NCBI GenBank assembly: GCA_016875015.1
Contig: VGSJ01000005.1
Span: forward strand, 848-64,847
Length of the DNA stretch: 64,000 nucleotides
Direction of reading: 5' to 3'
From: Deltaproteobacteria bacterium
GTDB lineage: Bacteria > Desulfobacterota > Desulfobaccia > Desulfobaccales > 0-14-0-80-60-11
Shown piece by piece: positions 17,324-26,846 of this stretch. The notes beneath the pieces are model-generated. The model was not told where the DNA came from. It searched no databases and saw only the letters and a list, made by a program, of their open reading frames with translations. A program made the translations under genes and the position numbers. Each line of letters starts with the position of its first letter. Position 1 is the stretch's first letter.

Positions 17324-18850
17324 CTAGGAGGCAGCAGAGCAAATTTTTCCAATGGCAGCCTTGATCTGGCAGGCTCTCCAGCCGAAATCGGTCAGGCAGG
17401 CAACGCCTGCCTTAATAGAGGCCGCGTCATAAGGGTCGCGCAAAAGGTCCACCACCAGCTCTTTGGCGGAATCTTGGATCGAATCCAGAAGTTTTTGGTT
17501 GGAGGGATAGAGATGCGCGTCAAAGCAGAAGAGGATGGTCAGGTCTGAGTTTTTTGAAAGGTTCACCGCCTGTTGAATTTCTTCATCCGCCGGCTCGATT
17601 GAGACAATTTGAATATCGGGATTAATGCCGAATTTCTTAAACTCATTCCGGATGAACTCCTTTTCATGCAACACTTCATTTTCAACCATGATTTTAGAAT
17701 CGAAATATGAAAATTGAGGAAAAATAACGCCAATTCTTTTTTCTCCGCTCTGCATCGGGATTAATTTTCTCTCATCTGTGATAACTTGGACGGATTCACG
17801 GCAGATTATTTCAGCCAAGATGGCCCCTTCTTTTTCGGCGAAGGGTTCTCCCCCCTCAAATCTTTTTTCTCTCTTTAATTTCAATCTGTTGATCCTTGCG
17901 ACGCTCTCCTCCAGTTCTTTCAGGGGTAGTTGCTTGCTTTTATAGGCATCGAGCAGTCTATAGTAAACCTCTTTCTGGGCCTTGAGGTCATGACAAACCA
18001 GAAGAAGATCATGTCCCGCCCGCGCCGCTAAAATCCCCGCTTCTCCGATGGGGCAGATCGCGGCAATCGCGCCCATTTCAAGATCGTCGCTGGCAATGAT
18101 CCCAGTGAAGTTGAGCTCACATCTGAGGTAATCGTAAATAATCCTTCTTGAAAATGTGGCGATCTTTTGGGGATCAGAATCAAGTTTGGGATAGTAGGGA
18201 TGAGAAGACATCACCAGATCAACTCCGGTTTGAATCGCTTGCACGAAAGGCTGCAAATGCACCTCTTCCATCTCTTGCCAGGTTGATTGGATGACCGGCA
18301 GTCCAAGATGGGCATCTACGGGTGCATGACCCTTGCCGGGAAAATGCTTGGCGCAGGCTGAGAGTCCGCCCTGTTGCATCCCTGCAATCCGCGCCGCGCC
18401 CATCTTCGCAACCAATCTCCAGTCGCATCCGTAAGAACGTATCCCGATATTCGGGCTGTAAGCATCGGTCAAAACATCGAGCACCGGCGCCAGATTCACA
18501 TCTATCCCCAGTCTTCTCAGTTCCTTGGCCTCTATTTCGCCCTGCTTCCTGGCATAGTCGATTTTTCCGGCGCCTCCCACCGCCAGATTGTCCGGAAAAA
18601 CGGTAATGCCGTCCCTGAACATGATGACCCGCCCGCCTTCATGGTCTGCCGTGACCAGCAGTTTTCGGCCGAGCGCTTCTTCCAGATCGGCAATCAGTCG
18701 CTTAAGCTGCGGCGGAGAGTCAAAATTGATCCGGTAGAGAATCAGCCCGCCCGCATTCAGCTCCTTAAAATGACTGACAATCTTAGGCGTGATCTTGGTT
18801 CCGGGAATACCGATGACCAAACGTTCGCCCACCAATTCTGCTAATTTCAT
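17324..18850 (-). CDS. Glycoside hydrolase family 3 protein (second NagZ-like paralogue with an extra C-terminal domain)
   Basis: KHFPGKGHAPVDAHLGLPVI, ASDDLEMGAI; 508 aa. GC is visibly lower than in flanking genes. Confidence 0.8.
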   Translation of the reverse strand: MKLAELVGERLVIGIPGTKITPKIVSHFKELNAGGLILYRINFDSPPQLKRLIADLEEALGRKLLVTADHEGGRVIMFRDGITVFPDNLAVGGAGKIDYARKQGEIEAKELRRLGIDVNLAPVLDVLTDAYSPNIGIRSYGCDWRLVAKMGAARIAGMQQGGLSACAKHFPGKGHAPVDAHLGLPVIQSTWQEMEEVHLQPFVQAIQTGVDLVMSSHPYYPKLDSDPQKIATFSRRIIYDYLRCELNFTGIIASDDLEMGAIAAICPIGEAGILAARAGHDLLLVCHDLKAQKEVYYRLLDAYKSKQLPLKELEESVARINRLKLKREKRFEGGEPFAEKEGAILAEIICRESVQVITDERKLIPMQSGEKRIGVIFPQFSYFDSKIMVENEVLHEKEFIRNEFKKFGINPDIQIVSIEPADEEIQQAVNLSKNSDLTILFCFDAHLYPSNQKLLDSIQDSAKELVVDLLRDPYDAASIKAGVACLTDFGWRACQIKAAIGKICSAAS

Positions 18851-18902
18851 GGTATCATTTTAACCAGGTAAATGGTTTTTTGATACGATAGTTTGGTTCT
18901 GT

Positions 18903-20432
18903 ATGGAAATCCAAACCTTTTTTTCCAGCGGCAGCAGTCTAACCTGGCAGGATTACTCTGTCCTGTTATCGCTTCTCGCTCTTTTGATTTTTGTCGGCAT
19001 TTACTTCGGCAGAGAAGAAAAATCGACGGCTGACTTTTTCCTGGGGGGGAGAAAAATCCCGTGGTGGGCGGCCTGTCTTTCGTTTGTTGCCACTGAAATC
19101 AGCGCGGTGACCCTGATCGCGGTTCCCGCGGTCGCTTATCTGGAAAACTGGGAATATGCCCAGTTTTTTATCGGCTCTTTTCTGGCGCGAATCGTCATCG
19201 CCTTTCTTTTTATCCCGGCTTTTTACCGGTATAACTGCACCTCGATTTATGAATTTTTAAAATATCGGTTCGGGCAGGAAACCCAAATCGCCGGCTCGAT
19301 CCTTTTTTTTATCACGCGTCTTTTGGCTTCCGGCGTCCGGCTTATGGTAGCTTGTTTGGCGGTGAGTCTCTTAATCGGCTGGCCTATCAGTCCGACTATC
19401 CTGCTTTTTTCGGTTATCTGCATCCTCTACATCGCCTGGGGCGGGATCAAGGCGGTAGTGTGGACCAATGTGGTTCAAGCTCTGACCTTCATGATTGCGG
19501 GAGTGGTCGCGATCGCTTTCCTTCTGACTCGCATTGACGGAGGAGCTGGCGCCGTGGTCGCGCTTGCCGGCAGCGCCGGAAAACTAAAAATCTTCAACTG
19601 GGGACCGGCTCTGGCGGAATCCGGACTGGCAGAATTTCTGAAGAGCCTGTTCTCGGATCCCAATATCGTGGTTCTGGCGACTTTGAACGGGTTTTTTGGA
19701 TCTATGGCGGCATTTGGGACTGATCAGGAGACCATGCAGAGGCTTCTGACCGTGGAAACGAGAAAAGAAAGCCAGAAAACCATACTGCTGACCCCCATCG
19801 GCAGCTTTCTGGTGATGACCGTCTTCCTCTTTATCGGCGCTTGCCTTTATGCCTTTTATGCCCAGCATCCCGGGATGCCGTTGCCTGAAAAATTGGACAA
19901 TATTTTTCCGCATTTTATCGGGCAGACGATGCCCCCATTGATGAGAGGGCTTATGCTCGCCGCGATTGTGATGGCGAGCATTGACTCGCCTTTAGGCTCC
20001 CTGGCTACTTCATTTGTAACGGACATCTATCGTCCGGTGATTTTTAAGTCGGGAAATGAACGCCACTATCTTTTCATTTCAAGAGTTAGTGTGGTTATTT
20101 TTGGCATTATCTTAGCGTTCATCGCCTACTTTTTTAGCCATTTCGAAAAATTCCTCTGGCTCGCTTTTAAAATTGGCGGGGTCACCTACGGATCTTTACT
20201 GGGAGTTTTTCTCCTCGGTCTTCTGACCAAAAGGCGATGCAACCGAGTCAATGTCGTCGCCATGACTCTTGCCGCACTTGGAATGCTGGTTCTTTTGATT
20301 CTTTCCGAGAAGAAAATATTACCGTTGGGATGGACCTGGCTTTTGTTGATCGGCACATTTTTGACTTTTGCGACAGGTTGGATTTTTGGAAAAAAACCCG
20401 AGAGCGCCGCTGACCTGCCCCCCACAAACTAA
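18903..20432 (+). CDS. Sodium:solute symporter family transporter
   Basis: About 13 TM segments. GGRKIPWWAACLSFVATEISAVTLIAVP is typical of SSF proteins. It is divergent from the GH3 gene across a 52-bp gap. Confidence 0.85.
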   Translation: MEIQTFFSSGSSLTWQDYSVLLSLLALLIFVGIYFGREEKSTADFFLGGRKIPWWAACLSFVATEISAVTLIAVPAVAYLENWEYAQFFIGSFLARIVIAFLFIPAFYRYNCTSIYEFLKYRFGQETQIAGSILFFITRLLASGVRLMVACLAVSLLIGWPISPTILLFSVICILYIAWGGIKAVVWTNVVQALTFMIAGVVAIAFLLTRIDGGAGAVVALAGSAGKLKIFNWGPALAESGLAEFLKSLFSDPNIVVLATLNGFFGSMAAFGTDQETMQRLLTVETRKESQKTILLTPIGSFLVMTVFLFIGACLYAFYAQHPGMPLPEKLDNIFPHFIGQTMPPLMRGLMLAAIVMASIDSPLGSLATSFVTDIYRPVIFKSGNERHYLFISRVSVVIFGIILAFIAYFFSHFEKFLWLAFKIGGVTYGSLLGVFLLGLLTKRRCNRVNVVAMTLAALGMLVLLILSEKKILPLGWTWLLLIGTFLTFATGWIFGKKPESAADLPPTN

Positions 20433-20435
20433 AAA

Positions 20436-20462
20436 GGGGTCACGGTCAAAAACCGTAACCCC
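20436..20462. terminator. Hairpin between the symporter gene and tRNA-Val
   Basis: GGGGTcACGGT caaaa ACCGTaACCCC with a weak T tract (TTGG) after it. Confidence 0.35.
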
Positions 20463-20472
20463 TTGGATTGGC

Positions 20473-20547
20473 TGGTAGGCGGTACTGGATTTGAACCAGT
20501 GGCTTCCACCGTGTGAGGATGGCACTCTACCGCTGAGTTAACCGCCC
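20473..20547 (-). tRNA. tRNA-Val (anticodon CAC)
   Basis: 75 nt. Cloverleaf drawn by hand: acceptor GGGCGGT/ACCGCCT, D arm ACTC..GAGT, anticodon stem CCATC/GGTGG with loop CTCACAC, T arm ACTGG TTCAAAT CCAGT, encoded CCA. Confidence 0.9.
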
Positions 20548-20670
20548 GTGATTGCTCGCTGGGAATGATATAATCCAAAAAGGTTTTTTTGACAAGTCCC
20601 TGAGAGCCTCCTTTTACCAACTTTTTGCCGGCCGGGGAAAGCGCCCCCGGAAAAGCCGGCGTCCCTGTCT

Positions 20671-21354
20671 CTATTCTGCCAACCCGGGCCCCGGTTCCCC
20701 AATGGGGATGAGCCGCCAGGCCGGATGCCGCCGGATGATCTCCCCGGCCAGGTCCACCACGGTCGCGTGGGCGTCGATCAACGCGGTGTCGCTGGTGGCG
20801 ATGGCCCCGGGAAAGCCCGAGAGCAGCCGCTCCGGCACCGGCACCGCGGCGGCCTGAACCGCCAGGCCCCGGGACGCGAAGATCTCCCGGGTGCGCCCGG
20901 CCAGTTCGCCGCTCAGGCTCAGGGGGGCGTCGTAGAAGACCTCAACGGGGCCGGCCGCCTGGTCCGCCAGATAGTCGGCCATGAGCGCCAGGACCCGGTC
21001 GGTGGCCGCGGATACCCGGAAGGCCCGGGAAACCTCGCCCACGTCCCGGATAAAGCCGTCGTCCGCCGCCACCAGGGGGAGGTGGCGGGCGGCGCACGAA
21101 AGGGTGATGAGGACGTTGTGGCCGTCCAGGGCCAGGGGTTGCCCCGGCAATTCCCGAAGCCGCCGCAGTTTGGCCCGGCGGGCTGCCGCGACCTCCGGGG
21201 CGAAGACCCCCCGGTGCAGGAGCCGACGGGCGGTTTCATCCAGGCCATAGCGGTTCCCCACCAGGCCCAGGGCCGCCTTCCGGGGATAGCCCCGGGCCAG
21301 GAGAAAGCGGAAGTCCGCGGCGGCTTCCGGGAGGTTGGGCCACGATTCAGTCAT
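20671..21354 (-). CDS. Hypothetical protein, DUF434-like N-terminus with a possible NYN/PIN-like C-terminal half
   Basis: DFRFLLARGYPRKAALGLVGNRYGLDETARRLLHRG resembles DUF434. LALDGHNVLITL resembles the DG(Y/H)N motif of NYN-type domains. Recognition is from memory only. Confidence 0.4.
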   Translation of the reverse strand: MTESWPNLPEAAADFRFLLARGYPRKAALGLVGNRYGLDETARRLLHRGVFAPEVAAARRAKLRRLRELPGQPLALDGHNVLITLSCAARHLPLVAADDGFIRDVGEVSRAFRVSAATDRVLALMADYLADQAAGPVEVFYDAPLSLSGELAGRTREIFASRGLAVQAAAVPVPERLLSGFPGAIATSDTALIDAHATVVDLAGEIIRRHPAWRLIPIGEPGPGLAE

Positions 21355-21414
21355 GCGCGGCTTCGTTTTTCTGGTCCTAAGAAGTCACTCATGGGCCTTT
21401 GGCCCACCCGCAAA

Positions 21415-21505
21415 ACATGAAAAGCTGGTATTGGCTGGTGGCACAGCCTTTCCAGACTGTGCACGACTAACCTGCTTCCTTGATACAGGCTGGAAGCCTG
21501 TGCTA
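21415..21505. repeat. Family R3 double-hairpin repeat, copy B (inverted relative to copy A)
   Basis: CATGAAAAGCTGGTATTGGCTGGTGGCACAGCCTTTCCAGACTGTGCACGACTAACCTGCTTCCTTGATACAGGCTGGAAGCCTGTGCTAC aligns with the reverse complement of 1851-1944. Confidence 0.7.
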
Positions 21506-21713
21506 CTGAACTTGAGTTTCTGGTTTTTTCAACAAGATTTAGCCTGTATCATGATGATTTTACAAAGTAATTAGGTCATTTTTTCAGTTTGGTTGCGGCC
21601 ATAGGCCGCGATGTGCCACCAATTTAAAGAACTTTTCAGGAGCTTGAAAACCGGAAGAAAACGGTCTTATGAGAACCACTGATTGGCCTGGCCAACGGTC
21701 ATCCCTGAAATAC

Positions 21714-21974
21714 TTACCGGTAAACATCCTTCCGATGGCCAACCTTGACGACCTGCACGAGCAGGTCCTGATCTTCGATGGTATAAAGGATTCGGTAACG
21801 TCCCTGCCTCACCCGGTACTTATCCTGCCCTGATATTTTTTCGCTTCCCGATGGACGAGGGTCCTCAGCCAGTTTGCTGATGCGCTCGACCACCCGCTGG
21901 CGGTCCCTCTTCAACGGGATGGCTTCGATGTCTTTGACCGCCGAAGGCTTGATCAGCAGCCTATATCTTGCCAC
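21714..21974 (-). CDS. RelE/ParE-family type II toxin
   Basis: 86 aa. The C-terminus GRYRILYTIEDQDLLVQVVKVGHRKDVY fits the family. It overlaps the upstream antitoxin gene by 14 nt. Confidence 0.85.
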   Translation of the reverse strand: MARYRLLIKPSAVKDIEAIPLKRDRQRVVERISKLAEDPRPSGSEKISGQDKYRVRQGRYRILYTIEDQDLLVQVVKVGHRKDVYR

Positions 21975-22194
21975 GCTGCCTCAGGTCTTGCAGGACTTCC
22001 TCAAAAGGCAGGTTGGGTTCGTGGGTCCGCGCTTCGAACGCAGCCAGATCCTCCACATCCTCGGATAGACTGAGCTTTACCGCCCAATTGACCAGATCGG
22101 AAACCGACTGGTCCGTCTCCGCGGCCTTGAGCCGCAAAGCCCGGTGCAGGTCCGGATCGAAGTAAATCGTGGCTCTTTTCGGTGAGGTTTTCAT
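21961..22194 (-). CDS. Ribbon-helix-helix antitoxin
   Basis: MKTSPKRATIYFDPDLHRALRLKAAETDQSVSDLVNWAV is a CopG/Arc-like RHH. The start was chosen at ATG 22194 within track ORF 21961..22242. Confidence 0.75.
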   Translation of the reverse strand: MKTSPKRATIYFDPDLHRALRLKAAETDQSVSDLVNWAVKLSLSEDVEDLAAFEARTHEPNLPFEEVLQDLRQRGKI

Positions 22195-22242
22195 GTCGGC
22201 ATTGTAACCTCTCAACGCTAAGACGTCAAGACGTCTTTTCAA

Positions 22243-22271
22243 CTCGTTCCCAAGTTAAACTTGGGAACGAG
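22243..22271. repeat. Family R1 hairpin
   Basis: CTCGTTCCCAAGTTAAACTTGGGAACGAG, followed by the small hairpin GGCGCGTAGGACGCGCC. Confidence 0.7.
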
Positions 22272-22314
22272 AACAATGGCGCGTAGGACGCGCCCTACAT
22301 AATCACCTTAAGGG

Positions 22315-22363
22315 ATTGGGGGAGGGGGTAAGGGCCACTTACGAAAAAGCCCTTAGCCCCAAT
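22315..22363. repeat. Family R4 hairpin with a CTTACGAAAAA loop and a different stem sequence
   Basis: ATTGGGG..GGGTAAGGGCCA CTTACGAAAAA GCCCTTAGCCCCAAT; the loop motif lies at 22338-22348. Confidence 0.55.
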
Positions 22364-22417
22364 GCGGTTCACTTAAGGTTTGGCTATTTCGATGGGTTGC
22401 TGGGGCGAGGATGCCCC

Positions 22418-22521
22418 CCCTCACCCCAGCCCTCTCCCCCCGCCGGGGGGAGAGGGAGAATTACCGGATATCCTTCTTTATTCCCTCTCCCCCAATGGGG
22501 GAGAGGGTTAGGGTGAGGGGG
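22418..22521. repeat. Nested inverted repeat of the CCCTCACCC/CCCTCTCCCC...GGGGAGAGGG/GGGTGAGGG type
   Basis: CCCTCACCCCAGCCCTCTCCCCCCGCCGGGGGGAGAGGGAG ... CCCTCTCCCCCAATGGGGGAGAGGGTTAGGGTGAGGGGG. Confidence 0.65.
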
Positions 22522-22625
22522 AATTAATCACTTTCTCCCTGTCGTTGATAAATGCGTTCCCGGATTTTTTGAAAGCTCGGGTGCTAAGTGAACAGCATTG
22601 CCCTTAGCCCCCTTACCCAAAATCG

Positions 22626-23816
22626 TTACCCCCCCAAATGTTCCCTGGCCAGCTTTTCCCCTAACGCCCGGGCGGCGGCCAGTTCCCCGGCATCGGGAAT
22701 ATACTTCACCTTGAAGCCCTCGTGCACCACCTTGAGTTTCATGGCCTCCAGTTCTTTTGTGATCAGGCCCACGGCCTGGCCGCTCCAGCCGAAGGACCCG
22801 AACGCCGCGGCCGCCTTGTTTTTAGGCGCCAGGCCCTTCAGATAGGTCAAAAACTCCCCCATGGTGGGAAACATCTGGTTGTTGAGGGTGGGGGAGCCGA
22901 ACAGCAGCAGCCCGGCCTCCAGGACCTCGGTGACGATGTCGCTGGGGTGGGTGCGGCGCAGGTGGTGCATCTGGGCCTCCACCCCCGCGTCCGTCAGGCC
23001 CTGGGTAAACGCCTCGGCCAGCAGTTCGGTGCTGCGCCACATGGTGTCGTAAATGACCAGGCCCTTAGGCTCCACCGCGCCCGCGGCCCATTTTTGATAC
23101 ACCTCCAGCACCCAGTCAATGTTCCGACGATAGATCAGGCCGTGGTCCGGGGCGATGATCTTGAAGGTGAGCCCAAGCTGGGCAATCTTGGCGAAAAGCT
23201 GGGTGATCAGGGCGCCGAAGGGCATCAGGATGTTGGCATAGTACTTTTTCAGTTGCCGGGGATAGTTCATGGGGAACGCGGGCAGTCCGTCGTCAAAATG
23301 CTCGCTGGACGCCAGATGGGCCCCGAACGCGTCACTGGAAAAGAGGATCTGTTCCTCTTTGAGGTAGGTCATCATGGAGTCCGGCCAGTGGAGCATGGGG
23401 GTCTCCAGAAAGGCCAGGTTGTATCTCCCGGTGGACAACTCGCTGCCGGTCTTGACCTCGATGAATGGCCAATCTTCTTGGTAATGGCGGAGCAGCCCGG
23501 CTTTGCCCATGGGCGAGCAGAAGAGTTTTTCCGGCTTCACCCGCTTGATGACCTCGGGCAGGCCCCCGGAATGATCCATTTCCACGTGGTTTGAAACGAT
23601 GTAATCAATCTTGGCCGGGTCCACGATCTCGGCCACCCGGGCCAACATCTCGGGCACGAATTCCTTTTTGACCGTGTCAATGAGCGTGATGTGATCATCG
23701 ACAATCAAATAGGCGTTATAGGTGGAGCCATCTTCGGTGAGATATCCGTGAAAATCCCGGATAGTCCAATCAATGGCGCCCACCCAGTAAACCTTAGGGG
23801 CCAGTTCTAAAGGCAT
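22626..23816 (-). CDS. Flavodiiron protein (FprA/ROO-type A-type flavoprotein)
   Basis: Metallo-beta-lactamase-like N-domain with the diiron motif SNHVEMDHSGG. The C-terminal flavodoxin-like domain shows LLLFGSPTLNN. Confidence 0.9.
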   Translation of the reverse strand: MPLELAPKVYWVGAIDWTIRDFHGYLTEDGSTYNAYLIVDDHITLIDTVKKEFVPEMLARVAEIVDPAKIDYIVSNHVEMDHSGGLPEVIKRVKPEKLFCSPMGKAGLLRHYQEDWPFIEVKTGSELSTGRYNLAFLETPMLHWPDSMMTYLKEEQILFSSDAFGAHLASSEHFDDGLPAFPMNYPRQLKKYYANILMPFGALITQLFAKIAQLGLTFKIIAPDHGLIYRRNIDWVLEVYQKWAAGAVEPKGLVIYDTMWRSTELLAEAFTQGLTDAGVEAQMHHLRRTHPSDIVTEVLEAGLLLFGSPTLNNQMFPTMGEFLTYLKGLAPKNKAAAAFGSFGWSGQAVGLITKELEAMKLKVVHEGFKVKYIPDAGELAAARALGEKLAREHLGG

Positions 23817-23876
23817 ATCAACCTCCGGGGGTATGCGTTTAATCTCTTTAATTTTTGGCGAAAACCAAAAACGGCA

Positions 23877-24803
23877 TTAAAGCCCTTCTTTGGCCAGTTC
23901 TTCCAGGAGGGCTTTCTGCTTCTTGGTAAGATTGGCGGGGGTTTCCACAATGATGCGGACCAGCTGGTCTCCCCGGCTCTTGCCGTTGGCCGTGGGGAGG
24001 CCGTAGTTTTTGAGTCGCATCTTGGTGTGGCTTTGGGTGCCCGGCGGCACCTTGAGGCTCATGGTTTTGCCGTCCAGGGTGGGGACCGTCACCTTGGTGC
24101 CCAGGGTAGCTTCGCTCAGTTTGACCTTCCGGTCCACCAACAGATCATTGCCCTCCCGTTTGAAGACCGGGTGTTCCAGTTCTTTCAGCTTAACATAAAG
24201 ATCGCCGGGAGGGCCGCCCATGTGACCGGGGCTGCCCTTGCCGGTAAGGCGCAGTTTTTTCCCCGGCAGCGACCCGGGGGGGATTTTTACCGAGATCTTT
24301 TCCACCTGGCCGTGGTGGCTGAAGCTCACCAGTTTATCGGTGCCGAAGGCGATTTCGTGGAGGGTTATGGGCACCTCCACCTGGAGGTCCTGGCCCTTGG
24401 GCGGCTGGACCGGTTCGTAGTGGACCTCGGGCCCGCCATGACGGAAGGTCCGGGTCCGGCCCCGGCCGCCCCCCCCTCCGCCAAAGATTCGGCTGAAGAA
24501 ATTGTCGGAGACGCCGCCATTAAAGATATCGCTGAAATCGAAACCCCGGAAGATGTCTTCCTGGGAGAATTTTTGTCTAAAGACCTGTGAACCGAACTCA
24601 TCGTATTCCTTCTTCTTTTCGGGATTACTCAGGACGGCGTAGGCTTCGCTGATCTGCTTAAATTTCTCTTCAGCCGGTTTTTTGTCCCCCTTGGCTTTAT
24701 CGGGATGGTGCTTCATGGCCAGTTTCCGGTAAGCCTTCTTGATCTCGTCGGCAGTGGCATTCCGGCTCACTCCCAGGATTTGGTAATAATCGTTCTCCGC
24801 CAT
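23877..24803 (-). CDS. cbpA: DnaJ-class co-chaperone without a zinc finger (CbpA-like)
   Basis: J domain [32 protein letters not shown], a G-rich linker and DnaJ C-terminal domains. No CxxCxGxG repeats. Confidence 0.8.
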   Translation of the reverse strand: MAENDYYQILGVSRNATADEIKKAYRKLAMKHHPDKAKGDKKPAEEKFKQISEAYAVLSNPEKKKEYDEFGSQVFRQKFSQEDIFRGFDFSDIFNGGVSDNFFSRIFGGGGGGRGRTRTFRHGGPEVHYEPVQPPKGQDLQVEVPITLHEIAFGTDKLVSFSHHGQVEKISVKIPPGSLPGKKLRLTGKGSPGHMGGPPGDLYVKLKELEHPVFKREGNDLLVDRKVKLSEATLGTKVTVPTLDGKTMSLKVPPGTQSHTKMRLKNYGLPTANGKSRGDQLVRIIVETPANLTKKQKALLEELAKEGL

Positions 24804-25050
24804 GATAGTTCTCGCTCTGCCGTTGGGGATATTTTGACTTCATTATAATTCCGGGCTAATTTTTGTCAAGGCGCTTTGCCGTATAACCTTCCTATTTCAT
24901 TGAATAAATCTTATAAACCGCCCCATCTCCCCTGAATTCCTCCTTGATTAATTTTTTCCTTTCTGGTAATAATATATCTCTATAGTTAGGTATCGTAGTG
25001 TTAACCCAGCGATGAGCTGGAAATCTTATCTGAGGCAAGGAGGTTTGGGC

Positions 25051-25335
25051 ATGACGGCATTGGTAGGCGGACTGGTCGCAGTGGCGCTGGGATTGATCGG
25101 CCTCGGCATGTGGTGGAAGCATTTCCTGGGCCTGCTGGCCGGGGGCCTTCCCTTAATACTTCTCCTGGGCGGCGCTCTGGCCGTATATTTAGGTTTTGAA
25201 GAAACCAAAGATAAATTCTTTAAAAAGCCCGAGACCCCGGCTTACGAACCTCCCAAGATGGCTGACGCCGAAGTGGAAAAATATAAGTCGGAAGTTGAGC
25301 GCCTGAAATCCGAAATCGAAGAACTGAAAAAATAG
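25051..25335 (+). CDS. Small membrane protein with a C-terminal coiled coil, hypothetical
   Basis: ATG 25051 follows AAGGAGG. Two TM helices, then EVEKYKSEVERLKSEIEELKK. Confidence 0.5.
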   Translation: MTALVGGLVAVALGLIGLGMWWKHFLGLLAGGLPLILLLGGALAVYLGFEETKDKFFKKPETPAYEPPKMADAEVEKYKSEVERLKSEIEELKK

Positions 25336-25355
25336 TCCCTACGCCCAACTAGGCT

Positions 25356-26363
25356 TCAGACCCCCGGTTCCGCACCGGAGCCGGGGGTTATCTCCCCGGA
25401 AGTCACCCGGACCATTTCCCCACTGGCGGTGCGAAGGAGCAGGGCTCCGTCTGGAGCTACGTCCAGGGCTTGGCCGGAAATTTCCCGGGGTCCCTGACGC
25501 ACCGTGACCGCCCTCCCCAACGTCACGGTGGCGCACTTCCATTCTTCCAGGATTTCCGGAAACCCCTGGTTTAAAAACCGGACGTACAACTCCTCGAATT
25601 CCTCCAGCCAGGCCCTCAGGAGATGCACCCGGGAAAACGTCCCCCCAGCCGCCAGGGCCAGAGAAGTTGCGGTTGCGGCCAGTTCGGGGGGAAATCCAGA
25701 GTTGTTGACATTCAATCCCAAACCCACCACGACGTAGCGGATGCGGTCGCTCTCCGTCTCCATCTCGGTGAGGATGCCCCCCAGCTTTTTACCGTTCAAG
25801 AGCAGGTCGTTAGGCCATTTGATCCCCGGCGCCAGCCCCGCCACCCGGCGGACCGCCCGCACCACGGCCACGGCCGTCGTCAGGGTGATCTGGGGCAGTT
25901 CCATGGGCGGCAGCATCGGGCGCAGCACCAGGGAGACGTAGAGCCCGACTCCCGGGGGTGAATTCCACTCCCGGCCCAGCCGGCCCCGGCCTCCGGTCTG
26001 GGCTTCCGCCACCACCACGGCGCCTTCCGGGGCTCCCTGGGCCGCCAGTTCCTTGGCCAGATCATTGGTGGAGTTCAGGGTCTCGAAGTGGTGCACCGGC
26101 CCCCTAAAAACGCGGGTCTTGAGCCCCTCTAAAACTTCTTCCGGCAGGAGCTTGTCCGGGACGGCCAGGAGGCGATAACCCTTCCGGGGTGAGCCCTCGA
26201 TGACATAACCCTGGGCCTTGAGGCGGTGGACCCGCTTCCACACCGCGGCCCGGCTCAGACCCAGTTCGCCCGCCAGGTACTCCCCCGAGATGGCGGCCGC
26301 GGCGCCCCGCAGGACCTGCAACACCGCGGCCAATCCCTGGTCTGGACTCTTACTGGCCGCCAC
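25356..26363 (-). CDS. birA: Bifunctional biotin-[acetyl-CoA-carboxylase] ligase / repressor BirA
   Basis: N-terminal HTH (ISGEYLAGELGLSRAAVWKRVHRLKAQGY) and the catalytic GRGRLGREW motif. The start was assigned to GTG 26363; upstream codons of track ORF 25356..26546 overlap another gene. The start is uncertain. Confidence 0.8.
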   Translation of the reverse strand: MAASKSPDQGLAAVLQVLRGAAAAISGEYLAGELGLSRAAVWKRVHRLKAQGYVIEGSPRKGYRLLAVPDKLLPEEVLEGLKTRVFRGPVHHFETLNSTNDLAKELAAQGAPEGAVVVAEAQTGGRGRLGREWNSPPGVGLYVSLVLRPMLPPMELPQITLTTAVAVVRAVRRVAGLAPGIKWPNDLLLNGKKLGGILTEMETESDRIRYVVVGLGLNVNNSGFPPELAATATSLALAAGGTFSRVHLLRAWLEEFEELYVRFLNQGFPEILEEWKCATVTLGRAVTVRQGPREISGQALDVAPDGALLLRTASGEMVRVTSGEITPGSGAEPGV

Positions 26364-26592
26364 TGGGAGGTCCGTTACCCGGGCGCGCCGAGATCTGGTG
26401 TTTGAGGGAGTTATTGTAGACTGCGGCCCCGAGCAGCACCCCCGCGATGAACCCCACCACTGCGGCCAGCGGCGTCGGGGACATGAGCAAGGCAATGCAC
26501 AGGCCGGTGAGTCCGTAGCCCAGGGGGATGTAAATCTGGGCCGCACTGCCCTGGCAGCCCGGCGCCAGCGCCAGGATGAGGCACCAGGCCAT
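26350..26592 (-). CDS. Small lipoprotein/membrane protein, hypothetical
   Basis: MAWCLILALAPGC (lipobox) followed by two hydrophobic glycine-rich segments. It overlaps the birA start by 14 nt. Confidence 0.4.
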   Translation of the reverse strand: MAWCLILALAPGCQGSAAQIYIPLGYGLTGLCIALLMSPTPLAAVVGFIAGVLLGAAVYNNSLKHQISARPGNGPPSGGQ

Positions 26593-26846
26593 TACTTGCG
26601 CTCGCCACCCGAAGCCCTTTGCCCCTTGCCGCCCATGCATGACTAAGGTTCCTTGCGCGCCGCCGATTCAGAAAACCCGGTGCGGGCCGGCTGAAATCCT
26701 GGCTGGCCGCTTTTTGTCGCTAACTCCCCGGACCGCGTTGGCGGGCAGTTGGCCTCCCCCGGTAATACCGGGTTTCCCTTCACATGCTCCAAAGCAAATA
26801 TTGAACTTGTACTATCATATTTTTTAACCGAAAACCGAAAACGGGA

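Noticed and set aside
22722-23594. 290-aa + strand ORF
   Set aside because: It is antisense to the flavodiiron protein gene, which has unambiguous motifs.
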